Shown piece after piece: positions 41,020 to 51,384 of a DNA stretch of 64,000 bases. Positions within the stretch are counted from its first letter, which is position 1. Every line of letters starts with the position of its first letter. A model generated the notes under the pieces. It had not been told where the DNA came from. It did not search any database and worked only from the letters and a program-made list of their open reading frames with translations. A program made the position numbers and the translations under genes. The stretch is from an uncultured Bdellovibrionales bacterium (GTDB lineage: Bacteria; Pseudomonadota; Alphaproteobacteria; Micavibrionales; GCA-2720935), in NCBI GenBank assembly GCA_964351525.1, contig CAYGOD010000003.1, forward strand, positions 136,121 to 200,120, read 5' to 3'.

Positions 41020-41505
41020 ATGCCTTATTTATTCTTATTTTTATGCGCCTTTATCTTGTCATTCAGCACCGCATCCCATGCAAACCATAATACATTACTA
41101 AATGGTTTTTTATCGGGCAATCATTACAACGCGCATTTAAGTTTAGCTTTACGTGACGTGACACATTATCATAGGGAAACGACACAACGTTTTACGAACA
41201 CACCAGAAACCAACAAGGCCCTAATCGCCGATGCCTTAAACCGCAATATCATTAAGCGCATTTCCGTGATTGATGCCGTTACGCCAGATATTGCCGCGAC
41301 AACAAACGCCGCCGCATCACCCGCTATTGGTTATGTTGATATTAAACCGCTGTTTTATAATTTATCGTTGCGCGACAAGCAACTTTTCACCGCCGCATTT
41401 TCAGACCTGATAAAGGGACAAAACCCCGATCTATCGCTTTATTATCTGCGCGATGGCTCAAACATTATCGGCAGCCACAGTCGCTTTGGGCTAGATCTTT
41501 ACTAG
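41020..41505 (+). CDS. Exported hypothetical protein
   Basis: Signal peptide ending ASHA. Confidence 0.65.
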   Translation: MPYLFLFLCAFILSFSTASHANHNTLLNGFLSGNHYNAHLSLALRDVTHYHRETTQRFTNTPETNKALIADALNRNIIKRISVIDAVTPDIAATTNAAASPAIGYVDIKPLFYNLSLRDKQLFTAAFSDLIKGQNPDLSLYYLRDGSNIIGSHSRFGLDLY

Positions 41506-42491
41506 GTCACATCCGTTTCATCTAAAGTTTGCCATGTTTTGACAGTTGCGGATAACGTCTCTTGCTTCATTTGTTGGCGCGCCCATGTCAATTGGCGTTT
41601 AGCATATTTCCGGGTGCGTTGTGATGCATTTTCAAACGCGCCGTCGCGTGTGATTAACCCCATCGATAAGGCATTGATCTCATCATATCCAATTACATTC
41701 GCGGCAAATGCCTCGCCCGCCTTACCATAGGTGTCTTTGAATATTTTGACCTCTTCTATGGCGCCCGCTTCTATCATTTTATCAAAGCGACGATTACATC
41801 GATCATAAAGCCATACACGATCAGGAACAATTTGCACGTAATGAAATAGCGGGACAATGTTATTTTCCTCAAAAATAGGAATCATTCTTTCTTTTAAAAT
41901 CGTATGACTTATGCCTGTTTGTTGAAAAACATTATAGGCGCGTATGACACGTTTTGGATTTTGATGATCAATTGCATTCTCACATAGTGGATCTAGTTTG
42001 ATTAAATCCTGATATAGTCCCTCAACACCTTGCACTTGGAATTTCGCCTCTGTCTCTTCTTGAATTTTCAGTTCAATTGGCGGTATTTTTGACAAACCCA
42101 TCATCAAGGTTTTTAGATATAATCCCGTCCCGCCAACAATGATGGGGGTTAGCCCCTTTTGCCACGCTGTCATCATTTCATCGCGCACCAGATTAATCCA
42201 GCGCCCAACCGATAAATCTTCATCTGGGTCTAAAAACTCAAACAATCTATGCGTAACATGCTGATATTCATGACTTTCTGGACATGCCGTTAAAATTGGC
42301 AGGCCTTTATAAATTTGCTGTGAATCGGCATTAATAATTATCGATTTGTCGAAACCGATCTGTTCTGCTATATAAAGGGATAAGTTTGTTTTACCGCTGG
42401 CTGTTGGACCAAATAAAATGATGGCTGGATGTTGCGTAATATCAACATCGTGAAGACATATAAGATGAGACGAAATTTTAGTCATATTCAA
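41502..42491 (-). CDS. miaA: tRNA dimethylallyltransferase
   Basis: GPTASGKT, INADSQQIY, VGGTGLY, TRKYAKRQLTW. Confidence 0.96.
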   Translation of the reverse strand: MNMTKISSHLICLHDVDITQHPAIILFGPTASGKTNLSLYIAEQIGFDKSIIINADSQQIYKGLPILTACPESHEYQHVTHRLFEFLDPDEDLSVGRWINLVRDEMMTAWQKGLTPIIVGGTGLYLKTLMMGLSKIPPIELKIQEETEAKFQVQGVEGLYQDLIKLDPLCENAIDHQNPKRVIRAYNVFQQTGISHTILKERMIPIFEENNIVPLFHYVQIVPDRVWLYDRCNRRFDKMIEAGAIEEVKIFKDTYGKAGEAFAANVIGYDEINALSMGLITRDGAFENASQRTRKYAKRQLTWARQQMKQETLSATVKTWQTLDETDVT

Positions 42492-42562
42492 TTATATAAC
42501 GATAAATAAGGTCAACATAAACAGCGAAATTAAATAAAATAGTTAAATAACAGAAAGACGAC

Positions 42563-43435
42563 ATGATGATGAAGTTACAAAAAAGATACGTGCTTGTTGC
42601 CCCTGATACAAAAACGATCACAGCAAAAGCGATTGAAAAAATGGGCGGGTCTGATCTTAAATGGTTATCTGATAAGAAAGCCGTTGAGTTTATTGCTCCT
42701 GGTAGCTTTAAAAAGAAATTCGATGAGAGCGAAACAACCGCAGATTTATTTAGCTTCCCCCTTAATGCGGTCAATCGCAAACGCACATTTTTATTCTGTG
42801 ATATGGATTCAACAATCCTTAAGGGCGAAACATTTGATGAGATAGCCCCCCTGCTTAATAAAAAAGTCGCACAAAATCTTTCTGACCTAACCAGAGAGAC
42901 GATGGAAGGCAAACTTGATTTTGACGAATCAATCAAACGTCGCGTGACATATCTACGTGATATCCCCGCTGTTAAAATGACGGCTCAGGCCGGCGAGATG
43001 GGATTAAGTGACGGTGCAACCGCCCTGATTAAAACCATGAAACGCAACGGCGCTTATTGCGTTTTAGTGTCTGGTGGTTTCAGCCTAATTACCAAGAAAA
43101 TTGCCCTGCGCTTAGGTTTTGATGAAAATCATGGAAATCACCTTGTTACCAAAGAAAATATTTTAACAGGTGAACTATCAGGAAAATTACTCAACGGCGA
43201 TGAAAAAGGCTTAATAGTTAAGCGCGTTTTACAACGATTTAATGCTGAACGCGAACAAGCCATTGCCGTAGGTGATGGTTCAAATGATGTTCGCATGGCA
43301 CAGGAAACAGGCCTGTCTTTTGCGTATCATGGTAAAGAGATTTTAAAAGAGAAAACAGATCTGCATATTAATCATACAGATCTGCGTTCAATTCTTTATG
43401 CACAGGGCTATAGCGATGCCGAGATTGTTGAGTAA
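42563..43435 (+). CDS. serB: Phosphoserine phosphatase
   Basis: CDMDSTI, LVSGGF, AVGDGSND (HAD motifs). Confidence 0.9.
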   Translation: MMMKLQKRYVLVAPDTKTITAKAIEKMGGSDLKWLSDKKAVEFIAPGSFKKKFDESETTADLFSFPLNAVNRKRTFLFCDMDSTILKGETFDEIAPLLNKKVAQNLSDLTRETMEGKLDFDESIKRRVTYLRDIPAVKMTAQAGEMGLSDGATALIKTMKRNGAYCVLVSGGFSLITKKIALRLGFDENHGNHLVTKENILTGELSGKLLNGDEKGLIVKRVLQRFNAEREQAIAVGDGSNDVRMAQETGLSFAYHGKEILKEKTDLHINHTDLRSILYAQGYSDAEIVE

Positions 43436-43453
43436 GCTACTTAATAAAGCCGC

Positions 43454-45055
43454 TTAATAACTTAATGCAACAAAACGAGATGCGCCCTCTTGGTAAATTA
43501 ACAGGAGGGCATTTTTCTTGCCGTCTTTTTTACCTTTTGTGACTATATCTTTTAACTGATTAGCCGTTTTTACTTTTTCTTGATTGGCTTGTAAAATAGC
43601 ATCACCAACCTTAAGACGCTTGCGTCCTGCTTCACTGGTTGTATCAATCGCCGTAATCACAACGCCGTCAACGTCATCTGCAATCTTGTATGTTTCACGC
43701 AATGATTTTGATAAAGTTGCAACAGATAGACCCAAATCAGACAGCTCCGTTTGCGTCACTTTTTGATCTTGCTGTTTCTTTGGCTCTTCTTTTTCTTCGC
43801 GCTCTAAATCTTCGGCCATTTCCAAATCACCAATACGTACAGATACCTTCTTGTCTTTACCATCGCGCCACACAGTCATATTCACATCTGATGATATATC
43901 TGCCTCGGCAACGATACGTGGCAGAGTGCGGACGGATTCGATATCGCGTCCATCAAAGGAAATAATAACGTCGCCAGCTTGAACACCTGCTTTTTCAGCG
44001 GGGCTGTCCTTAACGGTTGATGAAACTAAGGCACCGCGTACCTTATCAAGACCGAGGCTTTGGGCAATCTCATCTGTAACCGATTGAATACGAACACCCA
44101 ACCAACCGCGACGTGTGCGACCAAATTCTATCAATTGTTTAACAACTGATTTGGCCATGGATGAGGGGATTGCAAAACCGATACCAACAGACCCACCCGT
44201 TGTCGAATAAATTGCCGTATTAACACCGATCACCTCGCCTGCAACATTAAACATTGGGCCACCAGAATTGCCACGATTAATGGACGCATCCGTTTGAATG
44301 AAATCATCATAAGGCCCTGCGTTAATATCACGCTGGCGTGCAGAAATAATACCCGCCGTAACCGTGCCACCAAGACCAAAAGGATTCCCAATCGCCAACA
44401 CCCAGTCACCAACGCGGGATTGATCGCTACTGCCCCAAGATATCGCCGTCAAAGGATGATCCGCATTTACTTTTAAAACGGCCAAATCGGTTTTTTCGTC
44501 ACGCCCAATAATTTCAGCATCCAAAACGGTGTCATCATAAAGTGTTACTTTGACATTATCCGCCCCTTCAACAACATGGTTATTGGTAACAACATAGCCC
44601 TTTTTGGCATCAATTATAAAACCAGATCCCAAGGAATTTGGACGGTTATACTCTTTAAAATTCTCACCTAGATCGCCGCTTTCGCTGCCTTCATTGTTAC
44701 CGAACTCGCGATTATATTCTTTTTGTCCAAATTCACGGAATTTTTTGAATAGCTCCGGCTCATTCTCCATACCATTAAAAGGCATTTTGAATAATTCATC
44801 AAAAAGATCATTAAAGGGCGATCCCTCTGGGAAAGAGCCAAAGGGCATAACTTGGGGGCGATTATTATTTTTACGAACCTTAACGATTTGTGTCGTAGAA
44901 ATATTAACAACTGTTGGCAATAAAGCCTCTGTCATGTCGGCAAAACTATCGGGCGTTTTTGCGAACGCGCTGACCGAAAATGAGAAGGCTATCAAGACCG
45001 TTAAAAGACCACTAAAAAATATGTTTTTATTGATGATATATGACATTTTTTTCAT
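43454..45055 (-). CDS. Do/DegQ-family periplasmic serine protease with two PDZ domains
   Basis: LGSGFII, TNNHV, TDLAVL, QTDASINRGNSGGP, RGWLGV. Confidence 0.95.
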   Translation of the reverse strand: MKKMSYIINKNIFFSGLLTVLIAFSFSVSAFAKTPDSFADMTEALLPTVVNISTTQIVKVRKNNNRPQVMPFGSFPEGSPFNDLFDELFKMPFNGMENEPELFKKFREFGQKEYNREFGNNEGSESGDLGENFKEYNRPNSLGSGFIIDAKKGYVVTNNHVVEGADNVKVTLYDDTVLDAEIIGRDEKTDLAVLKVNADHPLTAISWGSSDQSRVGDWVLAIGNPFGLGGTVTAGIISARQRDINAGPYDDFIQTDASINRGNSGGPMFNVAGEVIGVNTAIYSTTGGSVGIGFAIPSSMAKSVVKQLIEFGRTRRGWLGVRIQSVTDEIAQSLGLDKVRGALVSSTVKDSPAEKAGVQAGDVIISFDGRDIESVRTLPRIVAEADISSDVNMTVWRDGKDKKVSVRIGDLEMAEDLEREEKEEPKKQQDQKVTQTELSDLGLSVATLSKSLRETYKIADDVDGVVITAIDTTSEAGRKRLKVGDAILQANQEKVKTANQLKDIVTKGKKDGKKNALLLIYQEGASRFVALSY

Positions 45056-45080
45056 CTCCTTTATTGGTTGTTTTTATATT

Positions 45081-45953
45081 TTACTTAACACTGCCCCTAC
45101 CGAGGAACTTAAAGAAATCGCTCTCTGGTGATAAAATAAGCGTTGTATTTTGACCATTAAGCCCCTTGCGATAAGCCTCAAGTGAGCGGTAGAATGCATA
45201 GAAATCTTTATCTTTTTCAAAGGCACTCGCGTAGATTTTAATGGCTTCTTCATCCCCTAAACCACGCGTTGTTTGAGCTTTGTTTTCAGCCTCAGCCAAT
45301 AAGACTGTACGTTCTTTCTCTGCTTTAGATCTAATTTCTTGTGCCATTTCTTGACCTTGGGCACGGGCTTCTGATGCTTCACGCTCACGCTCTGAAACCA
45401 TACGGTTAAAGATCGCCTGGCTTGTTTCTTTTGGTAAGTCCGCACGTACGATACGTACATCTGCCACCTCAAGACCCAAACGCTTCACATCAACATTAAC
45501 CTCATCACGAATGCGCTCCATGACTGGGCCGCGTCTTTCAGACAAAATATCCATCAACGTTACATTACCCAAATTACTACGCAATGAAGAGTTCACTTGC
45601 TCTTGCAAACGTCGTACAGCGGCATTGTCATTACCCAATGTTTGATAGAACAACAGAGGATCTTCGATGCGGTAACGCAGGAACGTATCAACAACCACAC
45701 GCTTTTGATCTTTAAGGAGCAGCTCTTCTGGACGTGGGTCAACCTCTAAAATACGGCGATCAATTGAAATTAAGTTTTCAACCAACGGGATTTTGAACTT
45801 CAACCCTGGCTCTTGAATAACACGCACAGGATTACCAAAACGAAGAACTAAGACTTGCTCTGTTTCATGAACAGTAAAGAAGGTCGAATTTGCCACAAAG
45901 AACAGCAAAGCACCAATAATGGCAAAAGCCTGAATAGGAAGTGTTTTTTTCAT
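45081..45953 (-). CDS. hflC: FtsH modulator HflC
   Basis: VLRFG, PGLKFKIP, FYAFYRSLEAY; follows hflK. Confidence 0.93.
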   Translation of the reverse strand: MKKTLPIQAFAIIGALLFFVANSTFFTVHETEQVLVLRFGNPVRVIQEPGLKFKIPLVENLISIDRRILEVDPRPEELLLKDQKRVVVDTFLRYRIEDPLLFYQTLGNDNAAVRRLQEQVNSSLRSNLGNVTLMDILSERRGPVMERIRDEVNVDVKRLGLEVADVRIVRADLPKETSQAIFNRMVSEREREASEARAQGQEMAQEIRSKAEKERTVLLAEAENKAQTTRGLGDEEAIKIYASAFEKDKDFYAFYRSLEAYRKGLNGQNTTLILSPESDFFKFLGRGSVK

Positions 45954-45964
45954 GATTTTTATCC

Positions 45965-47239
45965 TTACTTCTTATCTGTCGCGGTAGATTTTGTTGTTGA
46001 TGTTGTCTTTTTATTAAGCTCATTAAGCGGTAAATAAGGCACGATGCCCTGACCGCCAATCTCGCTATCAACAATTACTTTGGGTGTATTGGCGAATATT
46101 TCTTCTAATGTTTCAAGATACAAACGTTGTTCTGTAACATCTTTGGCCACGCTGTAGGCCTTAAGAACAGAATTAAAGCGGTTCGCGTCACCTTCTGCTT
46201 GGTTAATGACAAGCTCACGATAGGCTTCAGAATCTTGTATTAGCTTCTCTGCATTACCACGGGCACGCGGGATAATATCGTTACGATAGGCCTCTGCCTC
46301 ATTTCTAAGGCGCTCTCTGTCGGCGCGTGCACGTTGCACTTCGTTAAACGCATCAACAACAGACGATGGCGGATCCACTTTCTGTAACTGAATGGCTTCA
46401 ATCGCAACACCAGCCTTATAATCATTCAGCATTTCTTGCATCAGATCACGGGTGCGTGTTTCAATCAAGGTGCGCCCCTTTGTCAAAGCCGTCTGAATTT
46501 CGGTTTGACCAATGACTTCCCGCATAGCACTCTCTGCTACTTTTTTAATCGTCCCTTCAGCATCGCGAATATTATAAAGGATCTCACGCGCATCTTTTAC
46601 CGACCAAACAACAACGAAATCAATATCAATAATATTTTCATCGCCTGTTAACATCAAGCTTTCTTCTGGAATATCATTACCTGCACTCACCGATGTGCTT
46701 GAACGGCTGGATGTATTACCACGGAAACCCACTTCGACGCGGCGCTGAAATTCAACATTAATCTTATCTAATTTTTCAACAGGCCACGGCAAGTGATAGC
46801 CAAGACCAGGATCAACCTTGGTACGGTTCCATTCACCAAAGCGCAAAACGACAGCATCTTCTTCTGGTTGAACACGGTAAAAACCACTCGCAAGCCACAA
46901 AATAGCGACACCCATAAGAATCATCGCAAAAAAGCGTACTGGGCTTCCACCCGAACCGCCTGCTGGTTTTTTACCACCTTTGTTGCCAGTACCGTTACCG
47001 CCACCAAAACTTTCAAAGAATTTATTGAGACCGTCCATAATAATATCAATCTCGCTTTTGCCCTGCCCGCCACTATTGGGACGCTGCTGACCATTACCCC
47101 ATGGGCTTTGCGGTTTATTATCATCACCAGATGCGCCAGGGCGTTTTCCCCAAGGACCTTTATCATTATTTAAAATATCGGCACCAGAGCTCTTAGCGGT
47201 GCTATTAATATTTTGATTTTTAATCACATCATCAACCAT
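45965..47239 (-). CDS. hflK: FtsH modulator HflK
   Basis: GPWG/PWG N-terminus, PGLGYHLPWP, LMLTGDENI, AFNEVQRA, RLYLETLE, VPYLPL. Confidence 0.93.
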   Translation of the reverse strand: MVDDVIKNQNINSTAKSSGADILNNDKGPWGKRPGASGDDNKPQSPWGNGQQRPNSGGQGKSEIDIIMDGLNKFFESFGGGNGTGNKGGKKPAGGSGGSPVRFFAMILMGVAILWLASGFYRVQPEEDAVVLRFGEWNRTKVDPGLGYHLPWPVEKLDKINVEFQRRVEVGFRGNTSSRSSTSVSAGNDIPEESLMLTGDENIIDIDFVVVWSVKDAREILYNIRDAEGTIKKVAESAMREVIGQTEIQTALTKGRTLIETRTRDLMQEMLNDYKAGVAIEAIQLQKVDPPSSVVDAFNEVQRARADRERLRNEAEAYRNDIIPRARGNAEKLIQDSEAYRELVINQAEGDANRFNSVLKAYSVAKDVTEQRLYLETLEEIFANTPKVIVDSEIGGQGIVPYLPLNELNKKTTSTTKSTATDKK

Positions 47240-47340
47240 GATAATTTTCCGATCTCTATTCTTTATTTTTGTGTACATACAATATACGCTGTAAAATAAT
47301 AAAGTTAAGCCCTAAACGACAAAAAAGATCATTTAATCTC

Positions 47341-48465
47341 ATGTTTAAAAAGTGGTTCCGCCCAAAATCGCCTGTATCCGCACAAGACATCGTAAATACG
47401 CTGCATAATATCAGCGATTTAAATAAGGATATTAATCTAAAAACACTCATTGATGGTGTTAATGTCCAAAAAAGAATCATTACCCTGTCTTTATGTTTTA
47501 AAAAAGCACATATAAAATACATCCCCGATGTGGAAGTTTCTATTGATAAAAAGTTACGCGAAACATACCCCAAATATAAGTGTCAGATTATTTCAACCGT
47601 GAAAAAAGAAACTGCGCCGAACGCTCCCATTGCTCAAAATACACCCAAAGCGACACTAAACATCCTGCCAAACGTGAAACATATCATCGCTATTGCCTCA
47701 GGTAAGGGCGGCGTTGGCAAATCAACATTGGCGAGTAACATAGCCGTCAGTGCCGCAAAAACGGGATTGCGTGTTGGTCTACTTGATGCCGACATCTATG
47801 GTCCATCAATTCCTATGATGTTCGGCGTGACGGGCAAGCCAGAACAAACCGCCGATGAACAAATAAAACCATTTCATAAACACGGCATTGATATTATGTC
47901 GATTGGTTTCATGGTAGAGGCAGACGCACCGATGATTTGGCGTGGGCCCATGGTGCAATCTGCACTGTTACAACTTATGCGTGATGTTGCGTGGGGCACG
48001 CCAGATGAACCGCTAGATATTCTTTTCATTGATATGCCACCTGGTACTGGCGATGCACAATTAACCTTGGCACAAAAAGTCCCGCTCTCTGGCGCGGTGA
48101 TTATTTCTACACCGCAAGATATTGCTCTTATTGATGCGCGCAAAGGCTTAAAGATGTTTGAACAAACACGCGTGCCGATTTTAGGCATTGTTGAAAATAT
48201 GGCGTTCCACACGTGCTCATCATGCGGAAACATCGATCATATTTTTGGTGAAAATGGCGCTAAAAATGCTGCCACAGAAATGGGCGTTCCGTTCCTTGGC
48301 GCCGTTCCTTTGATACCCAGCATTCGCCTAAACGCCGATCAAGGCACACCTGCCAGCCTGAATGATGAAATCATCGCAACCTATTATAGTGATATTGTTA
48401 AGAATGCTTTAAACAGCCTTGAAAATAGCGGCAAAAAACCACCGCTTATAGAGATGGTTGAATGA
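47341..48465 (+). CDS. mrp: Mrp/ApbC (NBP35) Fe-S carrier ATPase
   Basis: ASGKGGVGKST, DADIYGPS, WRGPM, DMPPGTGD, ENM..CSSCG. Confidence 0.93.
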   Translation: MFKKWFRPKSPVSAQDIVNTLHNISDLNKDINLKTLIDGVNVQKRIITLSLCFKKAHIKYIPDVEVSIDKKLRETYPKYKCQIISTVKKETAPNAPIAQNTPKATLNILPNVKHIIAIASGKGGVGKSTLASNIAVSAAKTGLRVGLLDADIYGPSIPMMFGVTGKPEQTADEQIKPFHKHGIDIMSIGFMVEADAPMIWRGPMVQSALLQLMRDVAWGTPDEPLDILFIDMPPGTGDAQLTLAQKVPLSGAVIISTPQDIALIDARKGLKMFEQTRVPILGIVENMAFHTCSSCGNIDHIFGENGAKNAATEMGVPFLGAVPLIPSIRLNADQGTPASLNDEIIATYYSDIVKNALNSLENSGKKPPLIEMVE

Positions 48466-48484
48466 TTTTAAGAAGGCCATTGAT

Positions 48485-48914
48485 TTAAGAAGACCACTGA
48501 AAAGAACCATCTTTTTTCAGTGGAGAGAAAGGATTGCATGCGACTTCCCATAGATTTTTATCAGGATCAGCAAAATAACCTGAATAACCACCCCAGAACA
48601 CCGCCTGCCCTTGCTTAACGATTTCAGCACCGGCCTCTTTAGCTAAAGATAAAACCTCATCAACTTCATTCTCTGATGATACATTGTAAGCGAGTGTTAT
48701 CGACGAATACCCCTCTGACTTCATTTCCCCCCCCTGCGTCCTCTGCTAATCCATCACGCGGAAACAGAGCGAATGACATACCGTTAAGATTGTAACAAAT
48801 GATATCTTCTGTATCTTCATTGGACGCAACCGACCAGCCCAATGAATCATAAAAATCACGTGATTTCTTCAGATCCGAAACCCCCAGTGTGATAATACTT
48901 ATTCTTTGATCCAT
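48485..48914 (-). pseudogene. VOC/glyoxalase-family gene frameshifted at a G8 tract (or homopolymer error)
   Basis: MDQRISIITLGVSDL..FY in one frame; SITLAYNV..FWGGYSGYFADPD.NLWEVA in the other; junction at C8 48727-48734. Confidence 0.85.
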
Positions 48915-48924
48915 TTTATACCCT

Positions 48925-49428
48925 CTAAACACGATCATAAATGACATAGGCCAATGAAGCATTGTCAAAATCATGTTTGATATTCGAGGTTTCGCGCCAT
49001 TCATTCATATTCATTTTTGGGAACCATGCATCAGCATCATCAATCTCTAAGTCAAGATGGGTTAGATAGATACGGTCAACAGTGCTCAACATATCATGGT
49101 AAATTTGTGCGCCACCAATGATCATGATCTCATTTTGACCATTGTGATGTGACCATTTTTTTGCAGAATCCAAGCATGATTGAACATCATTGCCCCAGAA
49201 AACATTGTCATTTAAATCTTCGGGTGCCTCTTGGCGGGATAAAATTACATTTAAACGCCCCGGCAGAACGCGCCCAATTGATTCATGAGTTTTTCGTCCC
49301 ATGATAATTGCCTTGCCACGTGTTTGATCGCGGAAATATTGTAAATCTTCGGGAACATCCCACGGTAGAGCATTACCGCGCCCAATCGCACGGTTTTTAT
49401 CCATGGCAGCAATCATAGAAAATTTCAT
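48925..49428 (-). CDS. folA: Dihydrofolate reductase
   Basis: IGRGNALPW, IMGRKT, LPGRLN, IIGGAQIY, DAWFP. Confidence 0.96.
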   Translation of the reverse strand: MKFSMIAAMDKNRAIGRGNALPWDVPEDLQYFRDQTRGKAIIMGRKTHESIGRVLPGRLNVILSRQEAPEDLNDNVFWGNDVQSCLDSAKKWSHHNGQNEIMIIGGAQIYHDMLSTVDRIYLTHLDLEIDDADAWFPKMNMNEWRETSNIKHDFDNASLAYVIYDRV

Positions 49429-49430
49429 AA

Positions 49431-50288
49431 TTATACGGCAACCTTTCCTTTAATATGTGGGTGAGCTTGATAATCGGCAATCTCAAAATCATCAAAAGTG
49501 AAACCAAAGATATCTTTAATCTCTGGGTTAATTTTTAATGTTGGGAATGGGAATGGCTCACGCATTATTTGTGTTTTAACTTGCTCCATATGGTTGTCGT
49601 AAATATGCGCATCGCCAAAACTATGAATAAAGTCACCCACTTCTAAGTCACAGACTTGCGCAATCATATAAGTAAGTAATGCATAAGACGCGATATTGAA
49701 CGGCACACCAAGGAAGATATCGGCGGAACGTTGATAAAGCTGGCATGATAATTTACCGTCTGCGACATAGAATTGGAATAAACAATGACATGGCGGCAAT
49801 GCCATATCTTGAACATCAGCGATATTCCATGCGGAAACCAATAAACGGCGAGAATTAGGATTTGTTTTAATTTGATCGATTAATTGAGTAATTTGGTCAA
49901 TCGTTTCCCCATTACCAACATCCCAAGATCGCCACTGCTTACCATATACGGGGCCCAAATCACCATTTTCATCTGCCCATTCATCCCAAATGCGCACGCC
50001 GTTTTCTTTAAGATAGCGGATGTTTGTGTCGCCCTGCAAGAACCACAAAAGCTCATGAATAATTGATTTTAAATGAAGTTTTTTTGTCGTTAACATCGGG
50101 AAGCCTTTGGACAGATCAAAACGCATTTGATAGCCAAAAACACTGCGTGTTCCTGTGCCTGTGCGATCTCCTTTATCTGTTCCATTTTCCAGCACATGCT
50201 TAATCATATCTAAATATTGATATTCATCATGTGTATTATTTTGTTCGGATATTGTATTTTGTACAGGAGCAACAGACATATAGGGCAT
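49431..50288 (-). CDS. thyA: Thymidylate synthase (true start may be slightly downstream)
   Basis: [46 protein letters not shown]. Confidence 0.97.
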   Translation of the reverse strand: MPYMSVAPVQNTISEQNNTHDEYQYLDMIKHVLENGTDKGDRTGTGTRSVFGYQMRFDLSKGFPMLTTKKLHLKSIIHELLWFLQGDTNIRYLKENGVRIWDEWADENGDLGPVYGKQWRSWDVGNGETIDQITQLIDQIKTNPNSRRLLVSAWNIADVQDMALPPCHCLFQFYVADGKLSCQLYQRSADIFLGVPFNIASYALLTYMIAQVCDLEVGDFIHSFGDAHIYDNHMEQVKTQIMREPFPFPTLKINPEIKDIFGFTFDDFEIADYQAHPHIKGKVAV

Positions 50289-50376
50289 TCCTCTTTCTTG
50301 AATTAGGTTTCAACATGAACGACATTATTAGTTAATTTTAACCTATTTCGATTCGTGATTACATAGTAGAGATTCA

Positions 50377-50404
50377 TTGCTTTTTAAGGAAAAGAGCATA
50401 TACT
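50377..50404 (+). promoter_or_regulatory. Putative ssrA promoter
   Basis: TTGCTT-16 bp-TATACT. Confidence 0.45.
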
Positions 50405-50450
50405 AATAGATGTTGTATCTGATTTTTCAGGAACAGCTATGGTAATAAAC

Positions 50451-50754
50451 GTGCCTCGGAATAGGCGACGTGGACCCGGGGGCGGTACCCGGCGCCTCCA
50501 CCATTTTTAATTTTGTCGTTATCGGGCAAATGAATATGGGGGCGAAATAGGTTCGACACGCGTAATAAAGGTTGTATTTTTACTCGAGATAGTTCTCGTT
50601 AAAAGACTATTTAAATATAAATGCAAACGACAACTTTGCACCTGAAACAGCACGTATGGCCGCTTAATTGCGCCATATAGTTTCAAATTCAATTCCATAG
50701 CTTTTTGGTAAAGTTATGGTGGGGCACGAGCCGGCCTAGCAACAGAATAGGCTC
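50451..50754 (+). ncRNA. ssrA: Permuted two-piece tmRNA; tag (A)ANDNFAPETARMAA
   Basis: Acceptor piece ends CGCCTCC-A-CCA at 50503; coding piece starts GGGGGCG at 50538 (G3-U70); tag frame 50623-50667; outer ends approximate. Confidence 0.93.
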
Positions 50755-50791
50755 ATTTTTTTTGTTTTAAATTACAAGCCCCCACAACATC

Positions 50792-51262
50792 ATGCCTCCT
50801 TCACCCAACTATCACCCATTAGATCTTGCCAATAATCAAGATCAGCTTGATATGTGCTTAGCCATAAAAATAATATCGATTCCATCGTGCAAACCTCACT
50901 ATACAGAGGCTGAAATATCACATTGGATCTCGTATTGTGAGAAACCCGATCATAAGAAAAGCTTTATCAATGTCCGCGCCATCGGCGTCTATATAGATAA
51001 CGATATGATTGGCTTCGTTTCTTATACGACAGCGGCTATAGAAAATTTATTCGTACTCCCTCAATATAGCGGTCAAGGTATAGGAAGTGAGTTACTAGAA
51101 TTAGCAATTTCAGACATCAATTCAGCCCATAAAATATTACAAAAAGTAAAAGTTCGCGCGACCATGAATGCCCAAGCTTTTTATAAAGCACACGGCTTTA
51201 AGGTAACGGGCGCAGATAAATCACGGGCTGGATTTGATATTATACTAATGGAAAATAGTTAA
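50792..51262 (+). CDS. GNAT acetyltransferase
   Basis: IENLFVLPQYSGQGIGSELL, ATMNAQAFYKAHGF. Confidence 0.85.
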   Translation: MPPSPNYHPLDLANNQDQLDMCLAIKIISIPSCKPHYTEAEISHWISYCEKPDHKKSFINVRAIGVYIDNDMIGFVSYTTAAIENLFVLPQYSGQGIGSELLELAISDINSAHKILQKVKVRATMNAQAFYKAHGFKVTGADKSRAGFDIILMENS

Positions 51263-51384
51263 AATTCAACCATTCATCATACTTGACAGCACCCTGCGCA
51301 TCTGTGCATGATTAAAAAAATAACGTAGCATGTTTCGCATAGCTCGTTTATCAAGATTTAGCTAAAGATACAGGATTACAATTC

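Noticed and set aside
48666-49004. 112-aa ORF as an independent gene
   Set aside because: It is the N-terminal half of the frameshifted VOC gene (true start 48914), extended upstream into folA.
50451-51384. Prophage or island at ssrA
   Set aside because: Only a single GNAT gene separates ssrA and sspB; no att repeat or mobility gene.
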